64,000 nt of DNA from an uncultured Oscillospiraceae bacterium. GTDB taxonomy: Bacteria > Bacillota > Clostridia > Oscillospirales > Acutalibacteraceae. Every line of letters begins with the position of its first letter. Position 1 is the stretch's first letter. Made by a program: the position numbers and the translations under genes. Under the pieces are notes generated by a model. That model ran no database searches. It saw only the letters and a program-made list of their open reading frames with translations, and was not told the DNA's origin. The stretch covers positions 1,145-65,144 of the forward strand of contig USIA01000001.1 in NCBI GenBank assembly GCA_900554535.1, given 5' to 3'. Shown here piece after piece: positions 18,480 to 28,125 of this stretch.

Positions 18480-20461
18480 AAGAATTGCAGGCAAAAGCCA
18501 AAGTCACCCAGACCATGACCCGTGACGGTCTGGTGGTAGAAAATCAGGCTGACGGCACTGTGGAGAATGTTTCCTGCCGGGAAGCGGAACAGGATTATTC
18601 CACGGATGCCGAGGGCAAGGCCGAAAAAATTCTGGAACGGGCCGAGGACATCAAGGACGGGCATAAAAATAAAAAGAAAGCGAAAAAGGCAGCAGAAACA
18701 GCGGCCACCGCCAAAAGTGAAGATGGTCTGCACCGTTCCGCTGCCCGTTTGGAATTGACCGAGGACGAACGGGCAGACCCGGCATTGCAGCCGTTTATTC
18801 AAAAAGCGGAAGCAAAGGCTGACAAGCTGGATTCAGCCCGCGCCGCTCTGCCGAAAAAGCGCGTCCCAGTCAAGAAAAAAGTTTACGATGCAGCCAGCGG
18901 CAAGGCAAAATCCACCCTGCGCTTTGAGCAGCAGGACAAAGGTCCGCCCAGCCTGAAACCAAACCCGGCCAGCCGCCCACTGTCGGAAGCATTGCTGTTC
19001 GCTCACGGAAAAATCCACGAGGTCGAACACGAAAATGTGGGCGTGGAGGGCGGCCACAAGGGTGAAGAACTGGTGGAGCATCAGACCGCCAAGGTCATCC
19101 GCAGCGGCATCCGGCACCACAAGATGAAACCCTACAAGGCCGTGGAAAGGGCAGAGCGGGAATTGCGTTCGGCTAACGCCGAGTATTTCTATCAGAAGTC
19201 TTTGCGGGACAATCCGCAGCTTGCGCAGTCCGCCAGCAATCCTATTTCTCGGATGTGGCAGAAACGGCGTATCAAACAGCAGTATGCCAAAGCTGCACGG
19301 CAGGCCGGACAAGCCGCCGCGCAGGGTGCAGCCGCCACCGCAGAAAACGGTTTCCGGGTAACAAAGCTGGCGGCCGAGGGCGGCGAACGGGTAGCCGAAT
19401 TTGCGGCCCGGAACTGGAAAACCATTCTGATCGTGGCGGTGTTCGGTCTGCTGGCTCTGCTCCTGATAACGGGTTTGCAGTCCTGCACCGTGATGGCGGG
19501 CACCGCTGGGACCGGCGTGACGGCATCCTCTTACTTTTCCAAGGACAAGGATATGCTGGGTGCAGAGAAAGCCTACGCCAAGCTGGAACAAAAACTGCAA
19601 CGGTATCTCGACACCTACGAGGCCACCCACAACTACGATGAATACCATTTTTATCTGGACGAAATCGAGCATGACCCCTATGTGCTGATCTCGATTTTGT
19701 CTGCGCTGCATGACGGCGTGTTCACGCTGGCAGAGGTGCAGGGCGAACTTGAAATGCTCTTTGAAAAGCAGTACATCCTGACCGAGACCGTGACCATGCA
19801 GATACGTTACCGTACAAAAATGATGGTCATTATTGGTCCGTATGGCGTGCCGCAAGTTATCACCTACCAAGAACCGTATGAATACTACATCTGCACGGTC
19901 AAGCTGAAGAATAAGGATTTATCCCACCTGCCCGTGGAAGTGCTGACCGAAGAACAGCTCAGTGCCTATTCGCTCTATATGCGCACGCTGGGCAACCGGC
20001 CGGATTTGTTTGGGCAGGCACAGTACCCCAATGCGTCCACCATCAAACAGCCCACCTACTACGATATTCCCCCGGAAGCCCTCAAAGATGATAAGTTTGC
20101 CGCCATGATGGAGGAAGCCACGAAGTACATCGGCTACCCGTATGTGTGGGGCGGCAGTTCGCCCAGCACCAGCTTTGATTGCAGCGGCTACATTTCGTGG
20201 GTGCTGAATCACTCCGGCTGGAACGTGGGCCGCCAGACCGCACAGGGCCTCTACAACCTCTGTACTCCTGTTTCGACGGCGCAGGTCAAACCGGGCGACC
20301 TTGTGTTTTTCAAGGGAACCTACGATACCCCCGGCGTGAGCCATTGCGGTATCTATGTAGGCAATTCCATCATGCTGCACTGCGGCGACCCGATCTCTTA
20401 CACAAACCTCAACTCAAAATATTGGCAGGAACATTTTTACAGCTATGGGCGTTTACCGTGA
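18476..20461 (+). CDS. Conjugation cell-wall hydrolase, NlpC/P60 (C40) C-terminus
   Basis: GYPYVWGG, FDCSG, PGDLVFF, HCGIY; central TM segment. Confidence 0.92.
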   Translation: MKELQAKAKVTQTMTRDGLVVENQADGTVENVSCREAEQDYSTDAEGKAEKILERAEDIKDGHKNKKKAKKAAETAATAKSEDGLHRSAARLELTEDERADPALQPFIQKAEAKADKLDSARAALPKKRVPVKKKVYDAASGKAKSTLRFEQQDKGPPSLKPNPASRPLSEALLFAHGKIHEVEHENVGVEGGHKGEELVEHQTAKVIRSGIRHHKMKPYKAVERAERELRSANAEYFYQKSLRDNPQLAQSASNPISRMWQKRRIKQQYAKAARQAGQAAAQGAAATAENGFRVTKLAAEGGERVAEFAARNWKTILIVAVFGLLALLLITGLQSCTVMAGTAGTGVTASSYFSKDKDMLGAEKAYAKLEQKLQRYLDTYEATHNYDEYHFYLDEIEHDPYVLISILSALHDGVFTLAEVQGELEMLFEKQYILTETVTMQIRYRTKMMVIIGPYGVPQVITYQEPYEYYICTVKLKNKDLSHLPVEVLTEEQLSAYSLYMRTLGNRPDLFGQAQYPNASTIKQPTYYDIPPEALKDDKFAAMMEEATKYIGYPYVWGGSSPSTSFDCSGYISWVLNHSGWNVGRQTAQGLYNLCTPVSTAQVKPGDLVFFKGTYDTPGVSHCGIYVGNSIMLHCGDPISYTNLNSKYWQEHFYSYGRLP

Positions 20462-20479
20462 CGCCAGAAAGGATTTTGT

Positions 20480-20731
20480 ATGGCAAAAAGACTTTCCCGC
20501 ATTGAGCGCGACATTGAACGGCTCAAAGAAAAAATCTCTGAATACCAGCAGCAGTTGAAAGAACTGGAAGCTGCAAAGACCGAACAGGAAAATCTTCAAA
20601 TCATTCAGCTGGTGCGCAGCATGAACATGAAACCGGACGAGTTTGCGGCTTTTCTGCGCAGCGGTGCGCTGAACGCTGCACCCACTGTCACACCGTACCA
20701 CAAACAGGAGGATGCCGCCGATGAAACCTGA
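20480..20731 (+). CDS. DUF4315-like small coiled-coil ICE protein
   Basis: Coiled coil ending KTEQENLQIIQLVR; typical position after the hydrolase. Confidence 0.75.
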   Translation: MAKRLSRIERDIERLKEKISEYQQQLKELEAAKTEQENLQIIQLVRSMNMKPDEFAAFLRSGALNAAPTVTPYHKQEDAADET

Positions 20732-21443
20732 CAACTGGAACCGCTTCGCTGCCGGACTGCTGGCTATCCTGCTCTGCCTCTGTTCGTTCTCCATGCCTGT
20801 TTTTGCAAGCGGCACTGACCCTGCCCCGGAACCTCTGCCGGAAATTCTGGACGAGAAAACTACCACTGGCGACATGGAGCCGGAGGGTGTACCTATCACG
20901 CCCAAAGGCAACGCAACACTGGTGGATGATTTCTACGGGGACAAACAGCTTATCACCGTGACCACCAAAGCCGGGAATTATTTTTACATTCTAATTGACC
21001 GCGCCAACGAGGACAAAGAAACCACTGTCCACTTCCTGAACCAAGTGGATGATGCCGACTTGCTGGCTCTGCTGGATGAAGAACCGCAGGAAACCGAAGT
21101 CTGCACCTGCACGGTGAAATGTGAGGCCGGAAATGTCAACGAAAACTGCCCCTTGTGTGAAAAGAGCCTGCACAACTGCACGGCCCCGGAAGCGGTGAAA
21201 ACCGACACCGAAACGCCGCAGGAAAAGCCCAAGTCCAACATGGGCAGTCTGATGATCCTGCTGGTGCTGGCTCTGACGGGCGGCGGTGCGGCACTCTATT
21301 ATTTCAAGTTCCGCAAGCCTAAGGCCGATACCACCGGGCACGATGATCTGGACGAATACGATTTTGGCGAGGACGAAGATGCAGACGAGGAACCTGCTGA
21401 AATCGAGATTCATTCGGAGGATGGACAGGAGGACGAAACATGA
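20721..21443 (+). CDS. DUF4366-like surface protein
   Basis: Signal peptide, TPKGNATLVDD, KQLITVTTK.GNYFYILIDR, FLNQVD, Cys cluster, C-terminal TM + acidic tail. Confidence 0.85.
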   Translation: MKPDNWNRFAAGLLAILLCLCSFSMPVFASGTDPAPEPLPEILDEKTTTGDMEPEGVPITPKGNATLVDDFYGDKQLITVTTKAGNYFYILIDRANEDKETTVHFLNQVDDADLLALLDEEPQETEVCTCTVKCEAGNVNENCPLCEKSLHNCTAPEAVKTDTETPQEKPKSNMGSLMILLVLALTGGGAALYYFKFRKPKADTTGHDDLDEYDFGEDEDADEEPAEIEIHSEDGQEDET

Positions 21444-23563
21444 GCGTTCAGCTGGTAATTGCCGAAAAGCCCAGTGTAGCCCGCAGCATCGCCGCCGTGA
21501 TCGGGGCCACTGAAAAGCAAAACGGCTACTGGCAGGGCGGCGGGTATCTGGTCAGCTGGTGCATCGGGCATCTGGTGTCCTTTGCGGAAGCGGGCCAGTA
21601 CGATGAAAAATACTGCAAGTGGAAGTATGAAGATTTGCCCATCCTGCCCCAGCCGTGGCAGTTCATTGTCCCGGACGAAAAGAAACAGCAGTTTGAAATT
21701 GTGCGCTCTCTGCTCAATCGCCCGGATGTGGACAGTGTGACCGCCGCGACCGATGCAGGCCGGGAGGGAGAACTGATTTTCCGTTTCGTCTACCAAATGG
21801 CCGGTTGCACAAAACCTGTGAAGCGGCTCTGGATTTCCAGCATGGAGGATGCCGCTATCCGGGAGGGCTTTGCAAACCTGCGCCCGGATTCGGATTACGA
21901 TGCTCTGTATCAATCGGCCCTCTGCCGTGCAAAGGCGGATTGGCTGGTGGGCATCAACGCAACGCGGCTGTTTTCGGTGCTGTACCACAAGACCCTAACC
22001 GTGGGCCGAGTGCAGACCCCGACACTGAAAATGCTGGTGGACCGGGATGCAAAAATCCTGCGCTTCCAGAAAGAAAAGTATTATACGGTCGGCATCCATT
22101 CCGGCAGCCTGAAAGCAGACAGTGGGCGCATTGCGGATGCAGAAACCGCAAATTCTCTCAAAGAAAAATGCACAGGCACAACTACCGTTTGTACTTCTGT
22201 CAAACGGGAGAAAAAGACAGAACAGCCGCCCAATCTCTATGACCTGACCACCTTGCAGCGGGAGGCAAACCGCCTGTTCGGTTTCACGGCAAAGCAGACC
22301 CTTGATTATGCCCAGCAACTTTACGAAAAGAAACTGCTGACCTATCCCCGCACCGACAGCCAATATCTGACCGAGGATATGGGCCAGACAGTACAACATC
22401 TTGTGTCTGACCTGCTGAGGCTGCTGCCCATTGCCCAAGGGCTTGCACTTACCCCGGATGTGGGCCGGGTGCTGAACAGCAAAAAGGTATCGGACCACCA
22501 CGCCATCCTTCCCACGGCCGAATTTGCAAAGCAGGGGTTCACTGGCCTTGCCGAGAGTGAATGTATGTTGATGAACCTTGTCTGTTCCAAACTGTTCTGC
22601 GCTGTGGCCGCACCCCATGAATACGAAACCGTGACTGCTGTGTTCTCCTGCGCCGGAAATGAGTTCACCGCCAAGGGAAAGACGGTGCTTGTTCCCGGCT
22701 GGAAAGAGATCGACCAACGGTTCCATTCCACCATAAAAGCAGACTGCGAAGAAGAAGCGGAAAGCCTGAACACCCTGCCAGAACTGGCCGAGGGGCAGAG
22801 TTTCCGCGTAACTTCTACCGTATCGGAACACTTCACGTCCCCGCCGAAAGCCTACACCGAAGATACGCTCCTGTCAGCAATGGAGCGGGCCGGGGCCGAA
22901 GATATGCCGGAGGACAAGGTGAATTGCTCCGCAGGAGCAAGAGAGGGTGGCCTGGGCCATGCAGAACGCAAGGGGCTGGGTACGCCCGCCACCCGCGCCG
23001 CAATTCTGGAAAAATTGGTGCAAATGGGCTTTGTGCAGCGCAAGGGCAAACAGCTTGTCCCCACCAAGGACGGCATCAATCTGGCGGTGGTTCTGCCGGA
23101 AAGCCTGACCTCTCCCGTCCTGACCGCCGAATGGGAAAACCGCCTGACCGAGATTGCCAAGGGCAATGCAGACGCGGACGAGTTCATGGCCGAAATTGAA
23201 GCGCAGGTGCGCCAGCTGGTCAAGACCTATTCTTGTATCAGTGCAGATAAGCAAAACCTGTTCCAGTCGGAACGGGTTATTATCGGCAAGTGTCCCCGGT
23301 GCAGTGAAAACGTCTATGAGGGCAAGAAAAACTTCTACTGCGGGAATCGTAGCTGTCAGTTCGTGATGTGGAAGAATGACCGCTTCTTTGAGCAGCGCAA
23401 AAAGGCGTTCACACCGAAGATCGCCGCTGCTCTGCTCAAAAACGGTAAGGCAAAGGTCAAGGGCCTCTATTCCGAAAAGACAGGCAAAACCTATGATGCA
23501 ATGGTGCTTCTGGCAGATACGGGAGGCAAGTACGTCAATTACCGGGTAGAGCGCAAAGAGTAA
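21440..23563 (+). CDS. topB: DNA topoisomerase III (ICE-encoded)
   Basis: IAEKPS, DAGREGE, GRVQTP, TYPRTD, GLGTPATRA, C-terminal Zn ribbon; carries a 15-aa insert. Confidence 0.93.
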   Translation: MSVQLVIAEKPSVARSIAAVIGATEKQNGYWQGGGYLVSWCIGHLVSFAEAGQYDEKYCKWKYEDLPILPQPWQFIVPDEKKQQFEIVRSLLNRPDVDSVTAATDAGREGELIFRFVYQMAGCTKPVKRLWISSMEDAAIREGFANLRPDSDYDALYQSALCRAKADWLVGINATRLFSVLYHKTLTVGRVQTPTLKMLVDRDAKILRFQKEKYYTVGIHSGSLKADSGRIADAETANSLKEKCTGTTTVCTSVKREKKTEQPPNLYDLTTLQREANRLFGFTAKQTLDYAQQLYEKKLLTYPRTDSQYLTEDMGQTVQHLVSDLLRLLPIAQGLALTPDVGRVLNSKKVSDHHAILPTAEFAKQGFTGLAESECMLMNLVCSKLFCAVAAPHEYETVTAVFSCAGNEFTAKGKTVLVPGWKEIDQRFHSTIKADCEEEAESLNTLPELAEGQSFRVTSTVSEHFTSPPKAYTEDTLLSAMERAGAEDMPEDKVNCSAGAREGGLGHAERKGLGTPATRAAILEKLVQMGFVQRKGKQLVPTKDGINLAVVLPESLTSPVLTAEWENRLTEIAKGNADADEFMAEIEAQVRQLVKTYSCISADKQNLFQSERVIIGKCPRCSENVYEGKKNFYCGNRSCQFVMWKNDRFFEQRKKAFTPKIAAALLKNGKAKVKGLYSEKTGKTYDAMVLLADTGGKYVNYRVERKE
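22916..22960 (+). repeat. 45-bp in-frame hairpin insertion in topB (KVNCSAGAREGGLGH)
   Basis: Interrupts the usual EDMPED-AERKGLG; contains TTGCTCC-GCA-GGAGCAA perfect stem. Confidence 0.65.
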
Positions 23564-23574
23564 GGCAAAAATAC

Positions 23575-23627
23575 GAGGGCCGGTTATGGTAAGGTGAAGC
23601 ATTCATTTTGCCATAACCGGCTCTCTC
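23575..23627 (+). terminator. Long hairpin between topB and the antirestriction gene
   Basis: GAGGGCCGGTTATGGTAA...TTGCCATAACCGGCTCTC inverted repeat. Confidence 0.6.
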
Positions 23628-23662
23628 TATCCGTAGGATAGCAAAAAAAGGAGTGTGACCAA

Positions 23663-26600
23663 ATGAGCGAATTATTTTCCATCCAGCTGCAAAATCGACA
23701 GCAGCAAGGCGGAGATGGCGTCTGGCTGGACCTGCCCACTACAACCGAACGGGTACAAGCGGCCCTGCGGCAAATCGGAATTTCGTCCGATAATCCGCAG
23801 GGCCTTTTCATTTCCGGCTACTTTGCCGAGGAAGAAAAGCGTTTTGCGATTCCCTACAACATGGTACTGGCATCCAATGTGGACGAACTGAACTTTCTGG
23901 CATCACGACTGGAAACACTCTCTACCGGGGAACGCGCAGAGCTGAACGCCGCCCTGCAAGTCCCGCAGAGTGAGCTTTCCAGCATCGGGAGAATCACCGA
24001 CTTTCCCGAAAACGTGGACTATTATGTGCATCTGCCGGATGTGCGCGGCCCTGCCCAGCTGGGCGACTACTATCTGAACCGTTCCGGCATGGTGGATATG
24101 CCGGAGGAATGGAAAGGCGGCATCGACACGGCACAGTTTGGCCGGTATGTGGCCCAGCAGGAGCAGGGCGTGTTTACCGAGTACGGCTATCTTGTCAAAA
24201 GCGGGGACGAGTGGCAGAAAGTCCACGAGGGCCAGTCTGTGCCGGAGGAATACCGGGTGCTGTCCTTTCCTGCACCGGAAATCCTGCGGGATGCGGCCAA
24301 CATCCCGCCGCCTGTTCAGCCTGAAACGGAACCGCAGAAAGTTATTCCCATTATCCTGAATGGTAAGGACAGCGCAGAGCGGATGAAAGAAATTACGGAC
24401 CGACTGGAAACAGGGATTCAGCAGTTGTTCGACAGCGACCGCTACAAAGCCTACCTCACCACGATGGCAAAATTCCACAATTACAGCTTCAACAACACCT
24501 TGCTGATCGCCATGCAGGGCGGACAGCTGGTGGCGGGCTTCAACAAGTGGAAAGACACGTTCCACCGCACCGTAAAGAAAGGCGAAAAAGGCATCAAAAT
24601 CCTTGCTCCTGCGCCGTACAAGGTCAAGCAGAAGATGGAAAAGCTGGACGAACAGGGCAAGCCGATTCTGGACAAGGACGGCAAGCCGCTGACGGAAGAA
24701 AAGACGGTGCAGATTCCGGCTTTCAAGGTGGTGTCCGTGTTCGATGTCAGCCAGACCGAGGGCGAACCGCTGCCCTCTATTGCAGTGAATGAACTGTCCG
24801 GCAGCGTGCAGGACTACCAAGATTTTTTCAGAGCGTTGGAGCAGGCTTCCCCGATGCCCATCGGGTTTGAGGACATCGAGGGCGGGGCGCACGGTTACTT
24901 TCATCTTCTCGACAACCGCATTGCAATTCAGGAGGGCATGAGCCAGCTGCAAACCATCAAAACGGCCATCCACGAGATTGCCCATGACAAGCTGCACGCC
25001 ATCGACCCGAACGACCCAGAACAGACTAACCGCCCGGACAGCCGCACCCGCGAGGTACAGGCCGAAAGTGTGGCCTATGCTGTTTGCCAGTACTACGGGC
25101 TGGACACATCCGAGTATTCCTTTGGCTATGTGGCCGGGTGGAGTTCTGGCCGGGAACTGGCCGAACTGAAAGCCTCTCTGGAAATTATCCGCAGCGCGGC
25201 CCATGAGCTGATCTCCGCGCTGGACGAACATCTGGCAGAACTTCGCCAGCAGCGGGAAGCAGACCTTTCCGCTGCACAGGAGGCCGCATTTGCACTGGAT
25301 AATGGCAATACGCTGTTCATCCAGACCTGCGATTCTGGCTATGACTACACTCTGTATGGCCCGGACCACACGGCTCTGGACGGTGGGCAGCTGGACGCGC
25401 CCGGTCTGACCCTGCCGGATGCCGGGCAGGAAGCACTTAATCTGCTGGGGCAGACAGCCCCGGTATCGGAAGTTCTGTTAGGTGATAAGCTGACAGCGTT
25501 CCGAGAGGCGGCGGAAAAGGCAAACGAAATTCCCACGCCCATTAAAATTCCAGACCCCGCCGCAGAGCCTACGGTCACGATTCTTTGGAGCGAAAGCGAC
25601 AAGCTGCAGGACAGCGAAACCATGCCGCTGTCCGTAGCGAATCGTGTTTTTGAAGAACTGGACGCCGCCCAGCACACGGACCGGGAAAAGGACGGCTACA
25701 CGGGCGGCTGGTACGACAAGACCGCATTCCGTATTGATTTTACCCTGAACGGCCAGCCCGACAACTACGAGGGGCGGCAGGATTTCGGGGACGGGGAGGG
25801 CTCTTTGGTTCAGCACATCCAGAACTACCACGAATACTACGCCAAAGATGAAAACTGGAAGAATTTTGTTCTGCACAACAAAGGCCCGGAAGCGTGGGAA
25901 CAAGACAAGGCAGAGCGGGAAATGGTACTGACCGAGTTTATCCCGTACCTCAAACAACATTGCAATCTTTCGGCCATGGAGCAGGCAGCCACCGCCGCTT
26001 TGCGGGAGGGACAGAATATTTCGCCGGAACAGGCTGCCTATTACAACACTGTTGTGGCCTATGTGCAGGACTGCCGCCCGCTGCTTAACCAAGGCCAGTA
26101 TAACTTGCCGGAACCGCCCAAGCTGGCTGACTTTGACCAGAGCTTGCAGGATTACAAGGCACAGGTGCAGGCCGAGATCGCGCAGGAAGCGGCTGCTGCC
26201 GGAATGACCGTAGAGGAATACGCAGCGGCAGGCTTTGAAGCACCGCAGCAGGACAGTTTTTCCATCTACCAGCTGCGCAATGAAGATTCCACCCGCGATT
26301 ACCGTTTTGAGCCCTACGACCGCCTGCAGGCCGCTGGCCGGACCGTGGACAAAGCCAACTATACAAAGGTGTACGCTGCGCCGCTGGCTGCGGGTACCAC
26401 ATTGGAGGACATCTACCGTACATTCAATGTGGACCATCCGGCAGATTTCAAGGGACACTCGCTGTCTGTTTCGGATGTAGTGGTGCTGCACCAGAACGGG
26501 CAGGACACCGCCCACTACTGCGACAGCGTAGGCTTTCAGCAGGTGCCGGAGTTCTTGCGGGAAAACCCGCTGCGCACCGCAGAACTTTCCACCGAACAGA

Positions 26601-26857
26601 ACGAAAATATGATTGACGGTGTGCTGAACAATGCGCCCTCTCTGGGCGAGTTGGAGGCCAAAGTAAAAGCCGGAGAACAAATCTCTCTGACGGACCTTGC
26701 CGCCGCAGTCAAGGCCGAGGAAAAGGCGCCAAAAGCCAAGAAGTCCCGCACAGCCAAACCGAAAAAGCCGTCCATCCGGGCACAGCTGGATGCCGCAAAA
26801 AAGGAGCAGAGCAAGCAAACACAGCCACGGGAAAAGGCAAAGGAATTGGAGGTGTAA
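23663..26857 (+). CDS. Polyvalent antirestriction protein (ArdA-like N-terminus, ArdC-like ssDNA-binding, HExxH metallopeptidase-like, YodL, DUF4316-like)
   Basis: GVWLDLPTT; FHNYSFNNTLLI; HEIAH...EVQAESVAY; FSIYQL...HSLSVSDVV; NPLRTAELSTEQNENMIDG. Confidence 0.8.
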   Translation: MSELFSIQLQNRQQQGGDGVWLDLPTTTERVQAALRQIGISSDNPQGLFISGYFAEEEKRFAIPYNMVLASNVDELNFLASRLETLSTGERAELNAALQVPQSELSSIGRITDFPENVDYYVHLPDVRGPAQLGDYYLNRSGMVDMPEEWKGGIDTAQFGRYVAQQEQGVFTEYGYLVKSGDEWQKVHEGQSVPEEYRVLSFPAPEILRDAANIPPPVQPETEPQKVIPIILNGKDSAERMKEITDRLETGIQQLFDSDRYKAYLTTMAKFHNYSFNNTLLIAMQGGQLVAGFNKWKDTFHRTVKKGEKGIKILAPAPYKVKQKMEKLDEQGKPILDKDGKPLTEEKTVQIPAFKVVSVFDVSQTEGEPLPSIAVNELSGSVQDYQDFFRALEQASPMPIGFEDIEGGAHGYFHLLDNRIAIQEGMSQLQTIKTAIHEIAHDKLHAIDPNDPEQTNRPDSRTREVQAESVAYAVCQYYGLDTSEYSFGYVAGWSSGRELAELKASLEIIRSAAHELISALDEHLAELRQQREADLSAAQEAAFALDNGNTLFIQTCDSGYDYTLYGPDHTALDGGQLDAPGLTLPDAGQEALNLLGQTAPVSEVLLGDKLTAFREAAEKANEIPTPIKIPDPAAEPTVTILWSESDKLQDSETMPLSVANRVFEELDAAQHTDREKDGYTGGWYDKTAFRIDFTLNGQPDNYEGRQDFGDGEGSLVQHIQNYHEYYAKDENWKNFVLHNKGPEAWEQDKAEREMVLTEFIPYLKQHCNLSAMEQAATAALREGQNISPEQAAYYNTVVAYVQDCRPLLNQGQYNLPEPPKLADFDQSLQDYKAQVQAEIAQEAAAAGMTVEEYAAAGFEAPQQDSFSIYQLRNEDSTRDYRFEPYDRLQAAGRTVDKANYTKVYAAPLAAGTTLEDIYRTFNVDHPADFKGHSLSVSDVVVLHQNGQDTAHYCDSVGFQQVPEFLRENPLRTAELSTEQNENMIDGVLNNAPSLGELEAKVKAGEQISLTDLAAAVKAEEKAPKAKKSRTAKPKKPSIRAQLDAAKKEQSKQTQPREKAKELEV

Positions 26858-26860
26858 ACC

Positions 26861-27805
26861 GTGCAGAAATTTGAAAATATGGATGTGATCGCTGCGCTGG
26901 AAGCTATCATGCACCAGAACACCGCATACTACCAGAGCGATTTTGCCTATGACATCAAGATGCTGCGGGAGGCCGCCCGCAGCGACCAGCCGGAAGATAA
27001 GCTGCTGTTGTGGCTGTCCCGGCCCTCTGGAACATTCTGCTTCCGGGAACGGGATGTGTTGCTCAAAGATACCCAAGCCTACAATACATGGAAATTTTGC
27101 GGTGAACAGACCCATGACAGGATTCTTGCCTATGCGGTGGAGTTGATCGGTGCGGCCAATGGAACCGTGCAAGGCAATCTGTATGAACTGGACTACCAGC
27201 AGCATTTCCAGCATATCCGGGATGCCGCTCTGCCTGTGGGTGCCAATCGCCTGATCTACGAAAGTGGGATGCGGGAAATTGGCCCCAAAGAGCATTTCAA
27301 CAGCCGCTCGGACAAATATTTTGGAGAGTTCGTGCGGTATGAAATGCAGCCCCGTGACCCGGAACTTCTACAAGCGGCCATCCGGCAGGAGCAGCGCAGT
27401 CGAGAACCGGCACGGCCCGGTGATTTCAAAGAACATCTTGCGGCACTGCACACTGGGCTGATCGAGGCCGAGGCGCAGCGTATCGCGGCAAATATGAAGC
27501 GGCTGGCTGCTCCCAACAGCCCGGACAAAAATCATTTTATGGTGGAGGTATCGCCCTACTTCAACAAACTGGCATCCAGTCGGGATACGGACCAGCTGCT
27601 TGCCATGTTGCCGTACAAGTCCCTGCACCTGTCCAGCGTGAAAGACCGTTTCGGCCTCTACGCGCTGGTTGGCAAAAACGAAAACCGGGACAAGGGCATC
27701 TGCAAGCCCCGCACTTCCGTCCGCAAGCAGCTTTCCGAAACAAAGCAGGCCGCCAGCCCGAAAAAAGCAGCGGCCCGCAGCAAGCAACACGAAATGGAGG
27801 TATGA
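26861..27805 (+). CDS. Conserved ICE hypothetical protein
   Basis: 314-aa ORF with RBS GGAGG; C-terminal SVRKQL...MEV tail typical of these elements. Confidence 0.75.
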   Translation: MQKFENMDVIAALEAIMHQNTAYYQSDFAYDIKMLREAARSDQPEDKLLLWLSRPSGTFCFRERDVLLKDTQAYNTWKFCGEQTHDRILAYAVELIGAANGTVQGNLYELDYQQHFQHIRDAALPVGANRLIYESGMREIGPKEHFNSRSDKYFGEFVRYEMQPRDPELLQAAIRQEQRSREPARPGDFKEHLAALHTGLIEAEAQRIAANMKRLAAPNSPDKNHFMVEVSPYFNKLASSRDTDQLLAMLPYKSLHLSSVKDRFGLYALVGKNENRDKGICKPRTSVRKQLSETKQAASPKKAAARSKQHEMEV

Positions 27806-27808
27806 CGC

Positions 27809-28009
27809 ATGAATTTCAGCGTAGAAGAAGAAAATTTGATTTGTATGTACCACACTTCTGACCGCCGCCGGACGATGGCGCGGATGCTGGCCGCCCGGCC
27901 GGATATGGACACTGAAATGCGGCAACTGACAAAAGGCACCATTGCGAAGTTGGAGCGCATGACCGATGCAGACTTTGACGGACAGAGGTTTGATTTTACG
28001 GGTGAATAA
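27809..28009 (+). CDS. Transposon-transfer assisting (TTRAP) family protein
   Basis: FSVEEENLIC.Y...KLERMTDADF motif; RBS GGAGG. Confidence 0.8.
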   Translation: MNFSVEEENLICMYHTSDRRRTMARMLAARPDMDTEMRQLTKGTIAKLERMTDADFDGQRFDFTGE

Positions 28010-28071
28010 TACCGCCAGCTTGACAACCACACATTATTTTCAATCAAAGTAATGTGTGGTTGTCAACACAG

Positions 28072-28119
28072 AAATAGCCGGACACGGTGGCCTTGGGGTT
28101 GCTGTGTCCGGCTATTTTT
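28072..28119. terminator. Bidirectional terminator ending the tra operon and the Bro-N gene
   Basis: AAATAGCCGGACAC...GTGTCCGGCTATTTTT. Confidence 0.75.
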
Positions 28120-28125
28120 CATGTA

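Noticed and set aside
25478..27295. 605-aa minus-strand ORF (also 23903-25369 and 18833-19870)
   Set aside because: Antisense shadows of GC-rich ICE genes; no RBS or recognisable motifs.
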